Assembly: GCA_913009635.1 (NCBI GenBank)
Contig: CAJVXI010000001.1
Span: forward strand, 2,915-66,914
Length of the DNA: 64,000 bases
Direction of reading: 5' to 3'
Source of the DNA: an uncultured bacterium
Lineage (GTDB): Bacteria > Patescibacteriota > Minisyncoccia > UBA6257 > UBA9933
Below, one piece after another: positions 45,424-56,052 of this stretch. The stretch's first letter is position 1, and every line of letters begins with the position of its first letter. The notes under the pieces are model-generated. The model was given only the letters and a program-made list of their open reading frames with translations. It was not told where the DNA came from and did no database searches. Made by a program: the position numbers and the translations under genes.

Positions 45424-47565
45424 ATGCGAATGTATCCATTAGAAAAATACAGAGACATAGGCATTATTGCTCATATTGATGCTGGAAAAACTACCGTTAC
45501 AGAACGGGTTCTTTTTTATACTGGAATTTCTCATAAAATTGGTGAAGTTCATGAAGGTCAGGCAATTATGGATTGGATGGAACAAGAACGAGAGCGCGGT
45601 ATTACTATTACTTCAGCTGCTACAACTTGTTTTTGGGTTTCATCTCGTTATTTAGAAGGCGTTGATGATGATAAAGAAAAACATAAAATTCGTGAAGTTA
45701 ATGAGCATCGAGTTAATATTATTGATACACCAGGCCATGTTGATTTTACAGTTGAGGTTGAGAGATCGTTACGTGTTTTAGACGGCGGAGTAGTCGTTTT
45801 TGATGGAGTTGCCGGAGTAGAACCGCAATCAGAAACAGTTTGGCATCAGGCGGATAAGTATAAGGTACCGAGAATTTGTTTTATTAATAAACTTGATCGA
45901 ATAGGAGCGAGTTTTGAAAATTCTCTCCTTTCTATTCAAGAGCGCCTTAATTCTAATGCTGTAGCAGTCCAAATACCAATTGGTTCAGAGGCTAATTTTG
46001 AAGGCGTTATTGATTTAATTCAACTCAAGGCATTTAATTTTGATGGAGAGAGGGGTGAAAAAATTATCAAAAAAGACATTCCAGAGAATCTTAAAGAAGA
46101 AGTTGAAAAATACAGGCATATTTTAGTTGAAAAAATTGTTGAGCATGATGAAAATTTAATGACAAAATATTTAGATGGCAAGGAAGTTTCTGAAGACGAA
46201 CTCCGTTCTGTTTTAAGGAGAGCTACTATAGATAATAAATTAATTCCGGTGCTTTGCGGTTCAGCTTTAAAAAATAAAGGAGTTCAATTGGTGCTTGACG
46301 CGGTTTTGGATTATTTGCCGTCTCCTTTGGATATATCGGAATCAAAAACAATAAAAGGAATTGATCCGAAAACCGACAAAGAAATTGTACGTCAACCAAA
46401 AGATGATGAGCCGTTTACAGCTTTGGCTTTTAAAATTGCTACTGATCCTTTTGTGGGAAGTTTAACTTATTTTAGAATTTATAGCGGTGCTCTTAAACGC
46501 GGAAGTTATATTTTAAATTCATCTAAAGGAAAACAGGAACGGATAGGTAGAATTGTTAGAATGCACGCTGACAAAAGAGAAGAGGTTGAAGAAATGTACG
46601 CAGGCGACCTTGGAGCTATTGTTGGATTAAAAGGAACTACTACCGGCGATACGCTTTGCGATATTGATAACCAAATTATTTTAGAAAAAATTATTTTTCC
46701 TGAACCGGTAATTTCTATTAGAATTGAACCAAAAACAAAAGCTGACCAAGAAAAAATGGGAATAGCAATGAGACGTTTAGCTGAGGAAGATCCGACTTTT
46801 AAAGTAGGAGGTGATCCTGATACTGGTGAAACAATTATTTCCGGAATGGGAGAGCTTCATTTAGAAATTCTTGTTGATAGAATGAAAAGAGAGTTTAGTG
46901 TTGAGGCCAATATCGGTCGTCCACAAGTTGCTTATAGAGAAACAATTAAGGGAACTGCTGAAGCTGAAGGAAAATATATTCGTCAGTCTGGCGGTCGCGG
47001 TCAATATGGTCATGTTTGGCTAAAAGTAAATACATTAGAAATGGGCAAAGGATTTATTTTTGTCAATAAAATAAAAGGTGGAATTATTCCCCAAGAATTT
47101 ATTCCTGCCATTGAAAAAGGCGTTAAAGAAGCAACAAATAAAGGGGTTTTAGCCGGATATCCCGTAACTGATATTGAAGTGACTCTTTATGACGGTTCTT
47201 TTCATGATGTTGATTCTTCAGAAGCAGCTTTCAAGATTGCCGGTTCAATGGCTTTTCAAGAAGCAACCAGAAGAGCTAAGCCAGTTATTTTAGAGCCAGT
47301 AATGAAGATTCAAGTAATTGCGCCAGCGGAATTTCTTGGTGATATTACAGGTGATCTTAATGCTAAGCGCGCTAAAATTGAATCAATGGGAGACAGAGGC
47401 AATATAAAAATTATTGATTCTAAGGTTCCTTTAGCTGAAATGTTTGGTTACGCAACAAAATTACGTTCTATGACTCAGGGTCGAGGAAGTTTTTCAATGG
47501 AATTTGATCATTATGAAGCAGTGCCGAATAATATTGCTCAGATGATAATAGAAGGGAAAAAGTAG
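45424..47565 (+). CDS. fusA: Elongation factor G.
   Basis: G-domain 'AHIDAGKTT' and 'DTPGHVDF', at full length. Confidence 0.95.
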   Translation: MRMYPLEKYRDIGIIAHIDAGKTTVTERVLFYTGISHKIGEVHEGQAIMDWMEQERERGITITSAATTCFWVSSRYLEGVDDDKEKHKIREVNEHRVNIIDTPGHVDFTVEVERSLRVLDGGVVVFDGVAGVEPQSETVWHQADKYKVPRICFINKLDRIGASFENSLLSIQERLNSNAVAVQIPIGSEANFEGVIDLIQLKAFNFDGERGEKIIKKDIPENLKEEVEKYRHILVEKIVEHDENLMTKYLDGKEVSEDELRSVLRRATIDNKLIPVLCGSALKNKGVQLVLDAVLDYLPSPLDISESKTIKGIDPKTDKEIVRQPKDDEPFTALAFKIATDPFVGSLTYFRIYSGALKRGSYILNSSKGKQERIGRIVRMHADKREEVEEMYAGDLGAIVGLKGTTTGDTLCDIDNQIILEKIIFPEPVISIRIEPKTKADQEKMGIAMRRLAEEDPTFKVGGDPDTGETIISGMGELHLEILVDRMKREFSVEANIGRPQVAYRETIKGTAEAEGKYIRQSGGRGQYGHVWLKVNTLEMGKGFIFVNKIKGGIIPQEFIPAIEKGVKEATNKGVLAGYPVTDIEVTLYDGSFHDVDSSEAAFKIAGSMAFQEATRRAKPVILEPVMKIQVIAPAEFLGDITGDLNAKRAKIESMGDRGNIKIIDSKVPLAEMFGYATKLRSMTQGRGSFSMEFDHYEAVPNNIAQMIIEGKK

Positions 47566-47656
47566 AATAGCCACTAGCCACTAGTGATTAGGGTTTAGGG
47601 TTTTAATTTAAGTATTTTAACCCTAGTGGCTAAACCCTAGTGGCTAATCACTAAAA
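47566..47656. repeat. Repeat family B copy.
   Basis: It fills the gap from the fusA stop to the ATG at 47657. Confidence 0.85.
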
Positions 47657-47860
47657 ATGGATACTTATTTAAAAATTAAACAAACCTTAAATAATAGCAG
47701 TGGCTCTTGTGTTGTTCTTCGTAAAGGCGATCCTTATTGCGTAGTAATGACTTGGCAAGAGTATGAAAAATTTGCTAATATAATTAATGATAATAAAAAA
47801 TTAAAAAACGGTCGAGAAAAAATTGGAAATGGGGTTGACATAAATAGTATCCCCGTGTAA
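47657..47860 (+). CDS. Small Phd/YefM-like (antitoxin-fold) protein inserted between fusA and tuf.
   Basis: 'GSCVVLRKGDPYCVVMTWQEYEKFANI' resembles the Phd/YefM 'vitr.gkpvaVlms.eeye'. Confidence 0.35.
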   Translation: MDTYLKIKQTLNNSSGSCVVLRKGDPYCVVMTWQEYEKFANIINDNKKLKNGREKIGNGVDINSIPV

Positions 47861-47939
47861 AATTAAAAATTATGAAACATGAAGTATGAAGCGTGAAACA
47901 TAAAGTTTCAAGTTTCAAGTTTCAAGTTTCAATAGAAAT

Positions 47940-49139
47940 ATGGCAGAAAAAGCAAAATTTGATAGATCCAAGACGCATATTAATATTGGGACCATTGGCC
48001 ATGTTGACCACGGTAAGACAACTTTAACCGCGGCAATTATGCATGTTCTTAAATTAAAAGGTTTAATTGAAAAAACAGAATCAGTTGACCAAATTGATAA
48101 TGCTCCCGAGGAAAAAGCTCGAGGCATTACTATTGCTCTCCATCATTCTGAATATCAAACAGACAAACGGCATTACGCTCATATTGATACTCCAGGGCAT
48201 GCTGACTACATTAAAAATATGATTACAGGCGCCGCACAGATGGACGGTGCAATTTTGGTAGTTTCAGCGGCTGACGGTCCAATGCCTCAGACAAGAGAAC
48301 ACATTCTTTTAGCGCGTCAGGTTGGTGTACCGGCAATTATAGTTTTTCTTAATAAAATTGACCAAGTTGACGATCCTGAATTAATAGATTTAGTTGAAGC
48401 TGAAATTAGGGAACTTTTAAAGAAATATAATTTCCCAGGAGATGAAACTCCAATTATTAGAGGTTCAGCCATTAAAGCATTGGAAACAAAATCTATTGAT
48501 GATGAAGCAGCTAAACCAATTTTGGAATTAGTTAAAGCGCTTGACGAATACATTCCGGAGCCAACAAGAGAAACTGATAAACCATTTTTGATGCCAGTTG
48601 AAGATGTTTTTTCAATTGAGGGCAGAGGAACAGTGGTAACCGGAAAGGTTGAACGCGGCATTGTTAAAATTAACGAAGAGATTGAAATTATTGGCATTAA
48701 AGCAACTCAAAAAACCGTTGTTACTGGTATTGAAATGTTTAATAAATTGCTTGACGAAGGCAGTGCTGGCGACAATATTGGAATTCTTTTAAGAGGTATT
48801 AAAAAAGAAGACATTGAGCGCGGTCAGGTTATTGCTAAACCAGGCAGTGTTACTCCTCATACTGAATTTGATGCAGAGATTTACGTGCTTAATAAAGAGG
48901 AAGGTGGACGTCACACCCCATTCTTCAAAGGGTATAAACCGCAATTCTATATCAGAACAACTGATGTAACTGGTGAAGCAATTTTGCCAGAAGGAATGGA
49001 AATGGTTATGCCAGGCGATACTGTTAACTTATCAATTAAATTAATCGCGCCAGTAGCCTTAGAAGAAAAGCAAAGATTTGCTATTCGAGAAGGCGGTAAG
49101 ACAGTTGGAGCAGGAGTGGTTACTAAAATAAATAAATAA
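47940..49139 (+). CDS. tuf: Elongation factor Tu.
   Basis: '[10 protein letters not shown]', 'DTPGHADY' and 'NKID'. Confidence 0.97.
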   Translation: MAEKAKFDRSKTHINIGTIGHVDHGKTTLTAAIMHVLKLKGLIEKTESVDQIDNAPEEKARGITIALHHSEYQTDKRHYAHIDTPGHADYIKNMITGAAQMDGAILVVSAADGPMPQTREHILLARQVGVPAIIVFLNKIDQVDDPELIDLVEAEIRELLKKYNFPGDETPIIRGSAIKALETKSIDDEAAKPILELVKALDEYIPEPTRETDKPFLMPVEDVFSIEGRGTVVTGKVERGIVKINEEIEIIGIKATQKTVVTGIEMFNKLLDEGSAGDNIGILLRGIKKEDIERGQVIAKPGSVTPHTEFDAEIYVLNKEEGGRHTPFFKGYKPQFYIRTTDVTGEAILPEGMEMVMPGDTVNLSIKLIAPVALEEKQRFAIREGGKTVGAGVVTKINK

Positions 49140-49164
49140 TCATTGTTTAAAATAGTTCTTTGTT

Positions 49165-49500
49165 ATGCCTAAGAAGAAAGAAGAAGTTGTACAAACTAAA
49201 TTAAGAATAAGGATTCGTTCTTATGATCATAAACTTATTGATAATTCTGTAAAACAGATTATTGATACGGCTATTCGTAATGGCGCTGAGATAGTAGGTC
49301 CAATTCCTTTACCAACAGAGTTTAAGCGTTATACTGTAAATCGCTCAACGTTTATTTTTAAAGACGCGAGAGAACAGTTTGAATTAAGAATTCATAAACG
49401 TTTAATAGATATTCTTAATCCAAGCCAAAAAATAATTGAATCGTTATCTAATCTTAATTTACCGGCTGGAGTGGATATTGAGATTAAAATGACTTCATAA
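49165..49500 (+). CDS. rpsJ: 30S ribosomal protein S10.
   Basis: 'LRIRIRSYDHKLID'. Confidence 0.95.
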   Translation: MPKKKEEVVQTKLRIRIRSYDHKLIDNSVKQIIDTAIRNGAEIVGPIPLPTEFKRYTVNRSTFIFKDAREQFELRIHKRLIDILNPSQKIIESLSNLNLPAGVDIEIKMTS

Positions 49501-49946
49501 ATTAAGCAAAATCCTCCTAAATGGTGGATTTTGTTTATATGAATAATTTATTTAGTTAGAAATAATACACATCCGCTCTGCGGCGCAAGTTATCGCTTAT
49601 AGTAATTTCTACGGCAATCTAAATACTCAGCGGGAATTTCTAACGGGATTTATTGACAAAAAATTTGATATTTGTTAACTTTAACTAAAGTTGAACAATG
49701 ATTAGATTATCATTAAATTTAGAATAATATAGGAAATATACGACAGATTTAGCCAAAATTTTTTAAAAAATAGCTAGGCTATGTCTGGCTGTTTTTTTGT
49801 TGTTACGTCCAATATGAGGATTTTAAAAGCGTTTTTCTAAAAGAAAAACATAGAGTTCTTTATTGGGTATGAGATTTAAGCATTAATCAAGAAAAGGAAT
49901 TCAAATAAAATTTAAGTATTTTCTATTTGAAATTTTTCTACTGGGT

Positions 49947-50570
49947 ATGGCGTTTATATTAGGTAAAAAACTGAATATGTCTCAGATTTGGAAAGACGAT
50001 AAAGTGATTCCTGTTACGGCTGTTAAGGCCGGACCAATAACTATAACTCAAATTAGAATAGAAGAAAAAGATGGTTATGAAGCAATGCAAGTTGGATTTG
50101 ACGCGACAAAAAAGAAATTAAATAAGCCGATGAAAGGACATTTAAAAGATTTAGGGAATTTCAGATATCTAAAAGAATTTAAAAGTGAACAGGAGAAAAA
50201 GTATAAAGTAGGTGATATTCTGGATGTTAGTCAGTTTCAAGAAGGTGATAAAGTAAAAGTTAGCGGTTTAAATAAAGGCAGAGGATTTCAAGGGGTAGTC
50301 AAGCGACATGGTTTTCATGGTGGACCCAAGAGTCATGGCCAAAAAGATCGTTTGCGGGCGCCGGGCTCAATTGGTTCTACTGATCCGCAAAGAGTAATAC
50401 CAGGTAAGAAAATGGCCGGTCATATGGGTCAAGAAAGAATAGCGATAAAAAATTTGAAAATAGTTAATATTGATAAAGAGAACAACATTTTAATGATTAA
50501 AGGCGCGGTGCCTGGAATGAGAGGGACACTTTTAGAAATTCAAAATGTAAAAATTAAAAATTCAAAATGA
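49947..50570 (+). CDS. rplC: 50S ribosomal protein L3.
   Basis: The L3 pattern is present ('GKKLNMSQIW', 'KGRGFQGVVKRHGF'). Confidence 0.95.
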   Translation: MAFILGKKLNMSQIWKDDKVIPVTAVKAGPITITQIRIEEKDGYEAMQVGFDATKKKLNKPMKGHLKDLGNFRYLKEFKSEQEKKYKVGDILDVSQFQEGDKVKVSGLNKGRGFQGVVKRHGFHGGPKSHGQKDRLRAPGSIGSTDPQRVIPGKKMAGHMGQERIAIKNLKIVNIDKENNILMIKGAVPGMRGTLLEIQNVKIKNSK

Positions 50571-50663
50571 CAAATCAAAATGTTAAAATTGTTTCCGTTC
50601 GTTTTAATCCATTTTGAAATTTTACACTGTCATTTTCCATTTTGATATTTACATTTTACATTT
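50571..50663. repeat. Repeat family A copy that fills the rplC-rplD gap.
   Basis: '...aatgttaaaattgtttccgttcgttttaat...cactgtcattttccattttgatatttacattttacatttATG'. Confidence 0.8.
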
Positions 50664-51332
50664 ATGAACGTTGATGTATTTGATAAACAAAACAATAAGG
50701 TAGGCAAGGTTGAGTTGCCAGACAGGATATTTGCCATAAAGTGGAATGCTGATTTAGTTCATCATGCTTTGCAGGCGCAAATTGCTAATTCCAGACAGAA
50801 TTTGGCGCATGCAAAAACTCGCGCTGAAATTCGTGGAGGTGGACGTAAACCATGGCGTCAGAAAGGAACTGGGAGAGCTAGGCATGGTTCAATACGTTCG
50901 CCAATTTGGATTGGCGGAGGAGCGACCCATGGTCCGTTGAAAGAAAAAATATTTGAGAAGAAAGTAAATAAAAAAATGAGACGGTTGGCGATTTTTAGCG
51001 CACTTTCCAAAAAATTAAAAGATGGAGAACTAAAAGTTATTGATTCGTTGAAATTAACCGATTTTAAAACAAAGGAATTATTTCAAGTATTAAAAAGTGT
51101 TTTAAGTTCACAACCAAACGTTATTTTGATTTCATCCTTGGATACTAAAAATATTCATCAAGCAATTTCCAATATTAAAAAAGTAGATGCAATTAGTTCA
51201 CGATCATTAAATGTTTATGATTTGTTAAAATATAAAAATATTATTTTAGAGAAAGATGCAATTAAAGAAATAGAGGAACATTATAAAGGGCTTGGTATAA
51301 ATTTTGGAGCCAAAGGCGAACAAAATTTATGA
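50664..51332 (+). CDS. rplD: 50S ribosomal protein L4.
   Basis: Position in the operon and L4 pattern. Confidence 0.9.
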   Translation: MNVDVFDKQNNKVGKVELPDRIFAIKWNADLVHHALQAQIANSRQNLAHAKTRAEIRGGGRKPWRQKGTGRARHGSIRSPIWIGGGATHGPLKEKIFEKKVNKKMRRLAIFSALSKKLKDGELKVIDSLKLTDFKTKELFQVLKSVLSSQPNVILISSLDTKNIHQAISNIKKVDAISSRSLNVYDLLKYKNIILEKDAIKEIEEHYKGLGINFGAKGEQNL

Positions 51333-51340
51333 ACCAAACC

Positions 51341-51458
51341 TTTACCCGCCTAAATTTTTATACCAAATATGAAATATTACAAAAATAGAGCCGAAGGCGT
51401 CGACTTCGTCTCCTAATATGCTAAAAGTAAAAGTTTTTGACAAAAATTTAGGCGGGTG
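51341..51458 (+). other. Structured intergenic element. The long-range stem 'tttacccgcctaaattttt / aaaaatttaggcgggtg' encloses the GC hairpin 'gccgaaggcgtcgacttcgtc'.
   Basis: Read by eye. It lies between rplD and rplW, where these genes usually abut. Confidence 0.4.
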
Positions 51459-51516
51459 CTCAAATTTCTAGATAAATTTGACTTCGCTCCACTCGTAAAA
51501 TTTATAAAAATTTGAC

Positions 51517-51936
51517 ATGTCTATTTTAGATAAATTTAAAAAAGAAAAATCAAAAAAGAAAGAGCCGAAGAAAATAACAGAGAAGAAAGTGAAAGAAGCA
51601 GAAAAAGAAGTAAAAGAAGTAAAAGAAATAGGTGAAATTAAAGAAAGCAAAGGAATTTCGCCGGCATCTCTTATTAAACACGTTTGGATTACAGAGAAAG
51701 CAGGTAATTTGGTTAATTTAAGACAATATACTTTTATTATTAAAAGAGAAGCTAATAAACCGAGAATAAAAAAGGCGGTTGAAATAATTTATGGAGTAAA
51801 AGTAATTTCAGTTAATATTGTTAATATAAAAGGTAAACCAAGGCGAATGGGACGAACTCTCGGTAGAACTTCATCATATAAAAAAGCAATTGTTACATTA
51901 AAAGAAGGGCAGAAGATTGACGTAATGCCAACGTAA
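51517..51936 (+). CDS. rplW: 50S ribosomal protein L23 with a K/E-rich N-terminal extension.
   Basis: C-terminal L23 core 'HVWITEKAGNLVNLRQYTFIIKREANKPRIKKAVEIIYGVKV'. Confidence 0.85.
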   Translation: MSILDKFKKEKSKKKEPKKITEKKVKEAEKEVKEVKEIGEIKESKGISPASLIKHVWITEKAGNLVNLRQYTFIIKREANKPRIKKAVEIIYGVKVISVNIVNIKGKPRRMGRTLGRTSSYKKAIVTLKEGQKIDVMPT

Positions 51937-52022
51937 CTAGCCACTAGCCACTAGCCACTAGTGATTAGGGTTTAGGGTTTTAATTTTTAACCCTAGTGGC
52001 TAAACCCTAGTGGCTAATCACT
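51937..52022. repeat. Repeat family B copy that fills the rplW-rplB gap.
   Basis: 'ctagccactagccactagccactagtgattagggtttagggtttta...ctaatcactATG'. Confidence 0.85.
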
Positions 52023-52844
52023 ATGAAAAAATACAAGCCAACAACTCCATCAAGAAGACAAATGACAACCGTTGATTACGGTGTTTTAAGTGCGGTTAAA
52101 CCGTTTAAGAAATTGTTAAAAAGATTACCTAAGCGCGCTGGTCGGAATAAACAAGGAAAAATAACCATGAGGCACCAGGGCGGAGGTAATAAAAAACTTT
52201 ACAGAATTATTGATTTCTGTCAAAATAAATTGGACGTTCCGGCAAAAGTTGAATCATTGGAATATGACCCTTACCGAACTGCTTTTATTGCCTTGATTTT
52301 ATATCGGGATGGCGATAGAAAATATATTTTAGCTTCAAAAAATTTGAAAGTTGGAGATGAAATAATTTTTTCTCAAAACACGCCTCTCAAAGACGGGAAT
52401 CGGTTAGAATTGAAGAATATTCCAGTTGGCTATTTAATTTATAATATTGAATTGAATAAAGGAAAAGGTGGACAGTTGGCGAGGTCAGCCGGTTCTTATG
52501 CTGAAATTTTGGCACAAGACGGTGATTTTACGCATTTGAAATTATCCTCTAAAGAAGTAAGAAAAGTGCGTGGAGAAAATTTTGCTTCTTTAGGACAAGT
52601 TTCTAATTCTGACCATAATTTAGTAGTTATTGGTAAAGCAGGTCGTTCAAGGTGGCTTGGTATTAGGCCAACGGTGCGAGGTTCAGCAATGAATCCATGT
52701 GATCATCCATACGGTGGAGGCGAAGGTAGATCTAAACGCGGTACCAAAAAGCCAAAAACAAAATGGGGTAAAGTTACTGGCGGCAGGAAAACAAGAAATA
52801 AAAAGAAATGGAGTAATAAATTAATTATTAAACGCAGGAAGTAA
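52023..52844 (+). CDS. rplB: 50S ribosomal protein L2.
   Basis: 'GRNKQGKITMRHQGGG' and 'HPYGGGEGR'. Confidence 0.95.
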   Translation: MKKYKPTTPSRRQMTTVDYGVLSAVKPFKKLLKRLPKRAGRNKQGKITMRHQGGGNKKLYRIIDFCQNKLDVPAKVESLEYDPYRTAFIALILYRDGDRKYILASKNLKVGDEIIFSQNTPLKDGNRLELKNIPVGYLIYNIELNKGKGGQLARSAGSYAEILAQDGDFTHLKLSSKEVRKVRGENFASLGQVSNSDHNLVVIGKAGRSRWLGIRPTVRGSAMNPCDHPYGGGEGRSKRGTKKPKTKWGKVTGGRKTRNKKKWSNKLIIKRRK

Positions 52845-52934
52845 TATCAGCAAAAATCCGCATAAATCAGCGTAAGGACATCATAAACGCTGATTAATGC
52901 TGATACGGCTGATTTATGCTGATAAATTATAAAA

Positions 52935-53228
52935 ATGTCACGTTCATCAAAAAAAGGTCCATACGTTGATCCTAAGTTATTGAAGAAAATAGCTAATTTA
53001 AAGCCGGGCGATAGAACGGCTATTAAAACGTGGTCGCGAGAATCTGAAATTGCACCAGAAATGGTTGGTTTTATTTTTGATGTTCATAATGGAAAAGATT
53101 TTATTTCAGTTAGGGTTTCCGAAGAAATGGTTGGCCACCGTTTAGGTGAATTTTCACCGACAAGGAAATTTACAAGGCATGGAGGCAAAATACAAAGAGA
53201 ATTAGAGCAAAAATCCCAACAGAAATAA
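52935..53228 (+). CDS. rpsS: 30S ribosomal protein S19.
   Basis: '[12 protein letters not shown]' and 'GHRLGEF'. Confidence 0.95.
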   Translation: MSRSSKKGPYVDPKLLKKIANLKPGDRTAIKTWSRESEIAPEMVGFIFDVHNGKDFISVRVSEEMVGHRLGEFSPTRKFTRHGGKIQRELEQKSQQK

Positions 53229-53311
53229 GTATGAATTATGAATTGGAAATTAAGAATTAGAGGTAATAATTTATAATTCAAAAATCAATATTTTTAATTA
53301 AAACCAACAAT

Positions 53312-53866
53312 ATGACAAAAAGCAATTCAAAAGAACAAATCGCAAAATTAAGATATTTACGGATAGCGCCACGAAAAGTGCGTTTGGTTACTAATGTTGT
53401 AAAAAAATTATCAATCAATGAAGCCGAAGCTCGACTTTTAACGAGTCCCAAAAGAGTTGCGGAACCAATTTTAAAACTTTTGCGTTCGGCGATTGCTAAT
53501 GCCAAGAATAATAAACAGATGGAAATTAATCATCTTTTTATTAAAGAAATTAAAGTGGATCAAGGGCCAGTGATTAAAAGATTGATGCCGAGAGCTCGAG
53601 GTCAAGCAGGAATGATTCAAAAGAAAGAAAGTCATATTACTTTAATTTTAGCGGAATCAAATAAATTAAAAGCACCGAGATTTAATATTATCAAGCCAGA
53701 AAGAATTAAAAAAACAGAGTTTGAAAAAATAAAAAAACAAAAAGAAACAGACATAAAAAAAGAAAAACCAAAAGAAACATTAAAAGTAGAAACTAAAAAA
53801 ACGGAAATTAAGTCCCAAAAGGGTCAGGGATTTATTAAAAGAATGTTTAGAAGAAAAAGTATTTAA
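53312..53866 (+). CDS. rplV: 50S ribosomal protein L22 with a K-rich C-terminal extension.
   Basis: 'LRYLRIAPRKVRLV'. Confidence 0.9.
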   Translation: MTKSNSKEQIAKLRYLRIAPRKVRLVTNVVKKLSINEAEARLLTSPKRVAEPILKLLRSAIANAKNNKQMEINHLFIKEIKVDQGPVIKRLMPRARGQAGMIQKKESHITLILAESNKLKAPRFNIIKPERIKKTEFEKIKKQKETDIKKEKPKETLKVETKKTEIKSQKGQGFIKRMFRRKSI

Positions 53867-53952
53867 AATAACTAACGACTAACGACTAACAACTAACGAC
53901 TAATAATTTTTTAAGTCGTAGGTTATAAGTCGTGAGTCATAAGTCAAATAAA
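53867..53952. repeat. Palindromic tandem repeat: (taacgac)n followed by its inverse (gtcgt..taagtc)n.
   Basis: 'aactaacgactaacgactaacaactaacgactaa...ttaagtcgtaggttataagtcgtgagtcataagtc'. Confidence 0.7.
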
Positions 53953-54636
53953 TTGGCGCAGAAAATTAAACCAAATTCATTTAGATTAGGGATAATTAGA
54001 GATTGGGATGCGCGTTGGTTCCCTAAAAAAACTAATTATAAATCTTCTTTAGAAGAGGATGTTTTGTTAAGAGAAATAATTCGTGAAAAAATCGGTAAAG
54101 CTGGTATTGATAGAATTATTATAGAGAGAACTGGAAATAGTTGTAAAATTTTTATTAAAGCTGCCAGACCTGGATTAATTATCGGACGGGGGGGAAAGGG
54201 AATTGAAGAATTGACTAAATTATTAGAAAGCAAATTAAGTGAATTAAGAAAGAATAGAAAATTTACTGAATTGATTTCTTTGAGTTTAAATATAGAGGAG
54301 TTAAAACGTTCAGAGATTTCAGCTTCAGTGGTTGCGCAAAATATTGCCTGGGATTTAGAAAAAAGATTGCCATTTCGTCGGATGATTAAAAGATCTTTAG
54401 ATCAAATTATTCAAAATAAAGACGTTAAAGGCGCGAAGATTGAAGTTTCTGGCAGATTGAATGGAGCAGAAATTGCTCGTAGAGAACATTTAAATAAAGG
54501 AGAAATGCCTCTTCAGAATCTTAGGGCCAATATTGACTATGGAGAAGCTACTGCTTTTACTACTTTCGGAACTGTCGGAGTGAAAATATGGATATATAAA
54601 GGAGAAGTGTTCGCCGATAAAATCGGCTCAAATTAA
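53953..54636 (+). CDS. rpsC: 30S ribosomal protein S3. The likely start is TTG at 53953, and the ATG at 53932 lies in the palindromic repeat.
   Basis: '(L)AQKIKPNSFRLGIIRDWDARWF' aligns with the E. coli '[23 protein letters not shown]'. Confidence 0.9.
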   Translation: MAQKIKPNSFRLGIIRDWDARWFPKKTNYKSSLEEDVLLREIIREKIGKAGIDRIIIERTGNSCKIFIKAARPGLIIGRGGKGIEELTKLLESKLSELRKNRKFTELISLSLNIEELKRSEISASVVAQNIAWDLEKRLPFRRMIKRSLDQIIQNKDVKGAKIEVSGRLNGAEIARREHLNKGEMPLQNLRANIDYGEATAFTTFGTVGVKIWIYKGEVFADKIGSN

Positions 54637-54746
54637 AAAATCAAAAATCAAAATAACAAATCAAAATTTCAAAATGGTTTAAATTAAAAATTTAACATTT
54701 TACACTGTCATTTTCCATTTTGATATTTATATTTTACATTTTTAAC
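54637..54746. repeat. Repeat family A copy that fills the rpsC-rplP gap.
   Basis: About 95% identical to 59230-59339. Confidence 0.85.
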
Positions 54747-55157
54747 ATGTTAATTCCAAAAAAAGTAAAACATCGCAAATGGCATAAGGGACGTTCTAGG
54801 AAACGGCAAGTTGAAACTAGAGGGATTACTCTAAGTTTTGGCGCTTTTGGATTACAAGCATTGGAAAGCGCGTGGATTAATTCAAGACAAATAGAGGCCT
54901 CTAGAAGAACGATTACTCACTTTACTAAAAGAGGAGGAAAAGTTTGGATAAGAATTTTCCCCGATAAACCAGTAACTAAGAAACCACCAGAAGTAACTTT
55001 AGGCGGCGGTAAAGGGGCAGTAGATCATTATGTGTTCCCAGTGAAACCCGGCAGGATATTATTTGAAATTGATGGAGTAGATGAAGAGATGGCAAAGGAG
55101 GCATTACGGAGAGCTGGACATAAATTGCCAATTAAAACTAGAGTCATATCTAAATAG
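54747..55157 (+). CDS. rplP: 50S ribosomal protein L16. The ORF track opens at 54720 inside the repeat.
   Basis: '[16 protein letters not shown]'. Confidence 0.95.
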   Translation: MLIPKKVKHRKWHKGRSRKRQVETRGITLSFGAFGLQALESAWINSRQIEASRRTITHFTKRGGKVWIRIFPDKPVTKKPPEVTLGGGKGAVDHYVFPVKPGRILFEIDGVDEEMAKEALRRAGHKLPIKTRVISK

Positions 55158-55170
55158 TTATTAAGTTATT

Positions 55171-55368
55171 ATGAAACAGAAAGACAATCAACAATTTAAA
55201 AACAAACCTTTGCCGGAGCTTAGGGAAAATTTAGCTGATTATCATGAAAAATTGAGGAAATTGAAATTTGACTTAGCTGCGGGCAAGGTGAAAAATATTA
55301 GAGAGATTAAAGCGATTAAAAAGTCAATCGCCAGAGTTTTAACTGCAACAAGTAATAACAATCAATAA
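55171..55368 (+). CDS. rpmC: 50S ribosomal protein L29.
   Basis: Size, position and the 'ELRE...LRKLKFDLA' pattern. Confidence 0.85.
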   Translation: MKQKDNQQFKNKPLPELRENLADYHEKLRKLKFDLAAGKVKNIREIKAIKKSIARVLTATSNNNQ

Positions 55369-55369
55369 T

Positions 55370-55606
55370 ATGAAACGTAAATTACAAGGAATAATAGTTT
55401 CAGATAAAATGAATAAAACTAGAGTGGTAAGCACTACTCGGCTTAAAAAACATTCAAGATATTTGAGGCGTTATAAAGTAACCCAAAAATTTAAGGCGCA
55501 TGATGAAAATAACGAATATAAAATTGGTGATAAAGTTATTATTGAAGAAACGAAACCAATAAGTAAAGATAAACGGTGGATTATAAAAAGCAAAATTAGC
55601 CACTAG
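55370..55606 (+). CDS. rpsQ: 30S ribosomal protein S17. Its last codons and stop lie within the repeat family B copy.
   Basis: 'KLQGIIVSDKMNKTRVV'. Confidence 0.9.
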   Translation: MKRKLQGIIVSDKMNKTRVVSTTRLKKHSRYLRRYKVTQKFKAHDENNEYKIGDKVIIEETKPISKDKRWIIKSKISH

Positions 55607-55686
55607 CCACTAGTGATTAGGGTTTAGGGTTTTAATTTAAGTATTTTAACTCTAGTGGCTAAACCCTAGTGGCTAATCACTAATAT
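55596..55686. repeat. Repeat family B copy that fills the rpsQ-rplN gap.
   Basis: 'ttagccactagccactagtgattagggtttagggtttta...ggctaatcactaatatATG'. Confidence 0.85.
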
Positions 55687-56052
55687 ATGATTCAAGAACG
55701 TTCAATATTAAAAGTAGCTGATAACAGTGGCGCTAAAGTCATACGTGTTTTTAGGATTTTAGGCGGCACCAGACGACGTTATTCAAGAATAGGCGATCTT
55801 GTTGTTGCCTCAGTAAGAGAAGTTGAACCAAGAAAAGCAGTAAAAAAGAAAGATATAGTTAGGGCAGTAATCGTAAGGCAACGCCAACCATTTCGTCGTT
55901 CTGATGGTTCTTATATTAGATTTGATGAAAATGCAGCAGTTTTAATTGAAAAGAAAGAACCGCGAGGAACAAGGATTTTTGGACCAATACCAAGAGAATT
56001 AAAAGAAAAAGGTTTTGAAAAAATAGTAACTATGGCGGAGGAAATAGTGTAA
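55687..56052 (+). CDS. rplN: 50S ribosomal protein L14.
   Basis: '[17 protein letters not shown]'. Confidence 0.95.
   Translation: MIQERSILKVADNSGAKVIRVFRILGGTRRRYSRIGDLVVASVREVEPRKAVKKKDIVRAVIVRQRQPFRRSDGSYIRFDENAAVLIEKKEPRGTRIFGPIPRELKEKGFEKIVTMAEEIV

Noticed and set aside
49501-49946. 445-bp gap between rpsJ and rplC as an rRNA or tRNA locus
   Set aside because: No rRNA or tRNA signatures were found. It contains only a hairpin 'aaaatcc...ggatttt' and low-complexity AT-rich sequence. It is possibly a decayed repeat or promoter region. It is left unannotated.
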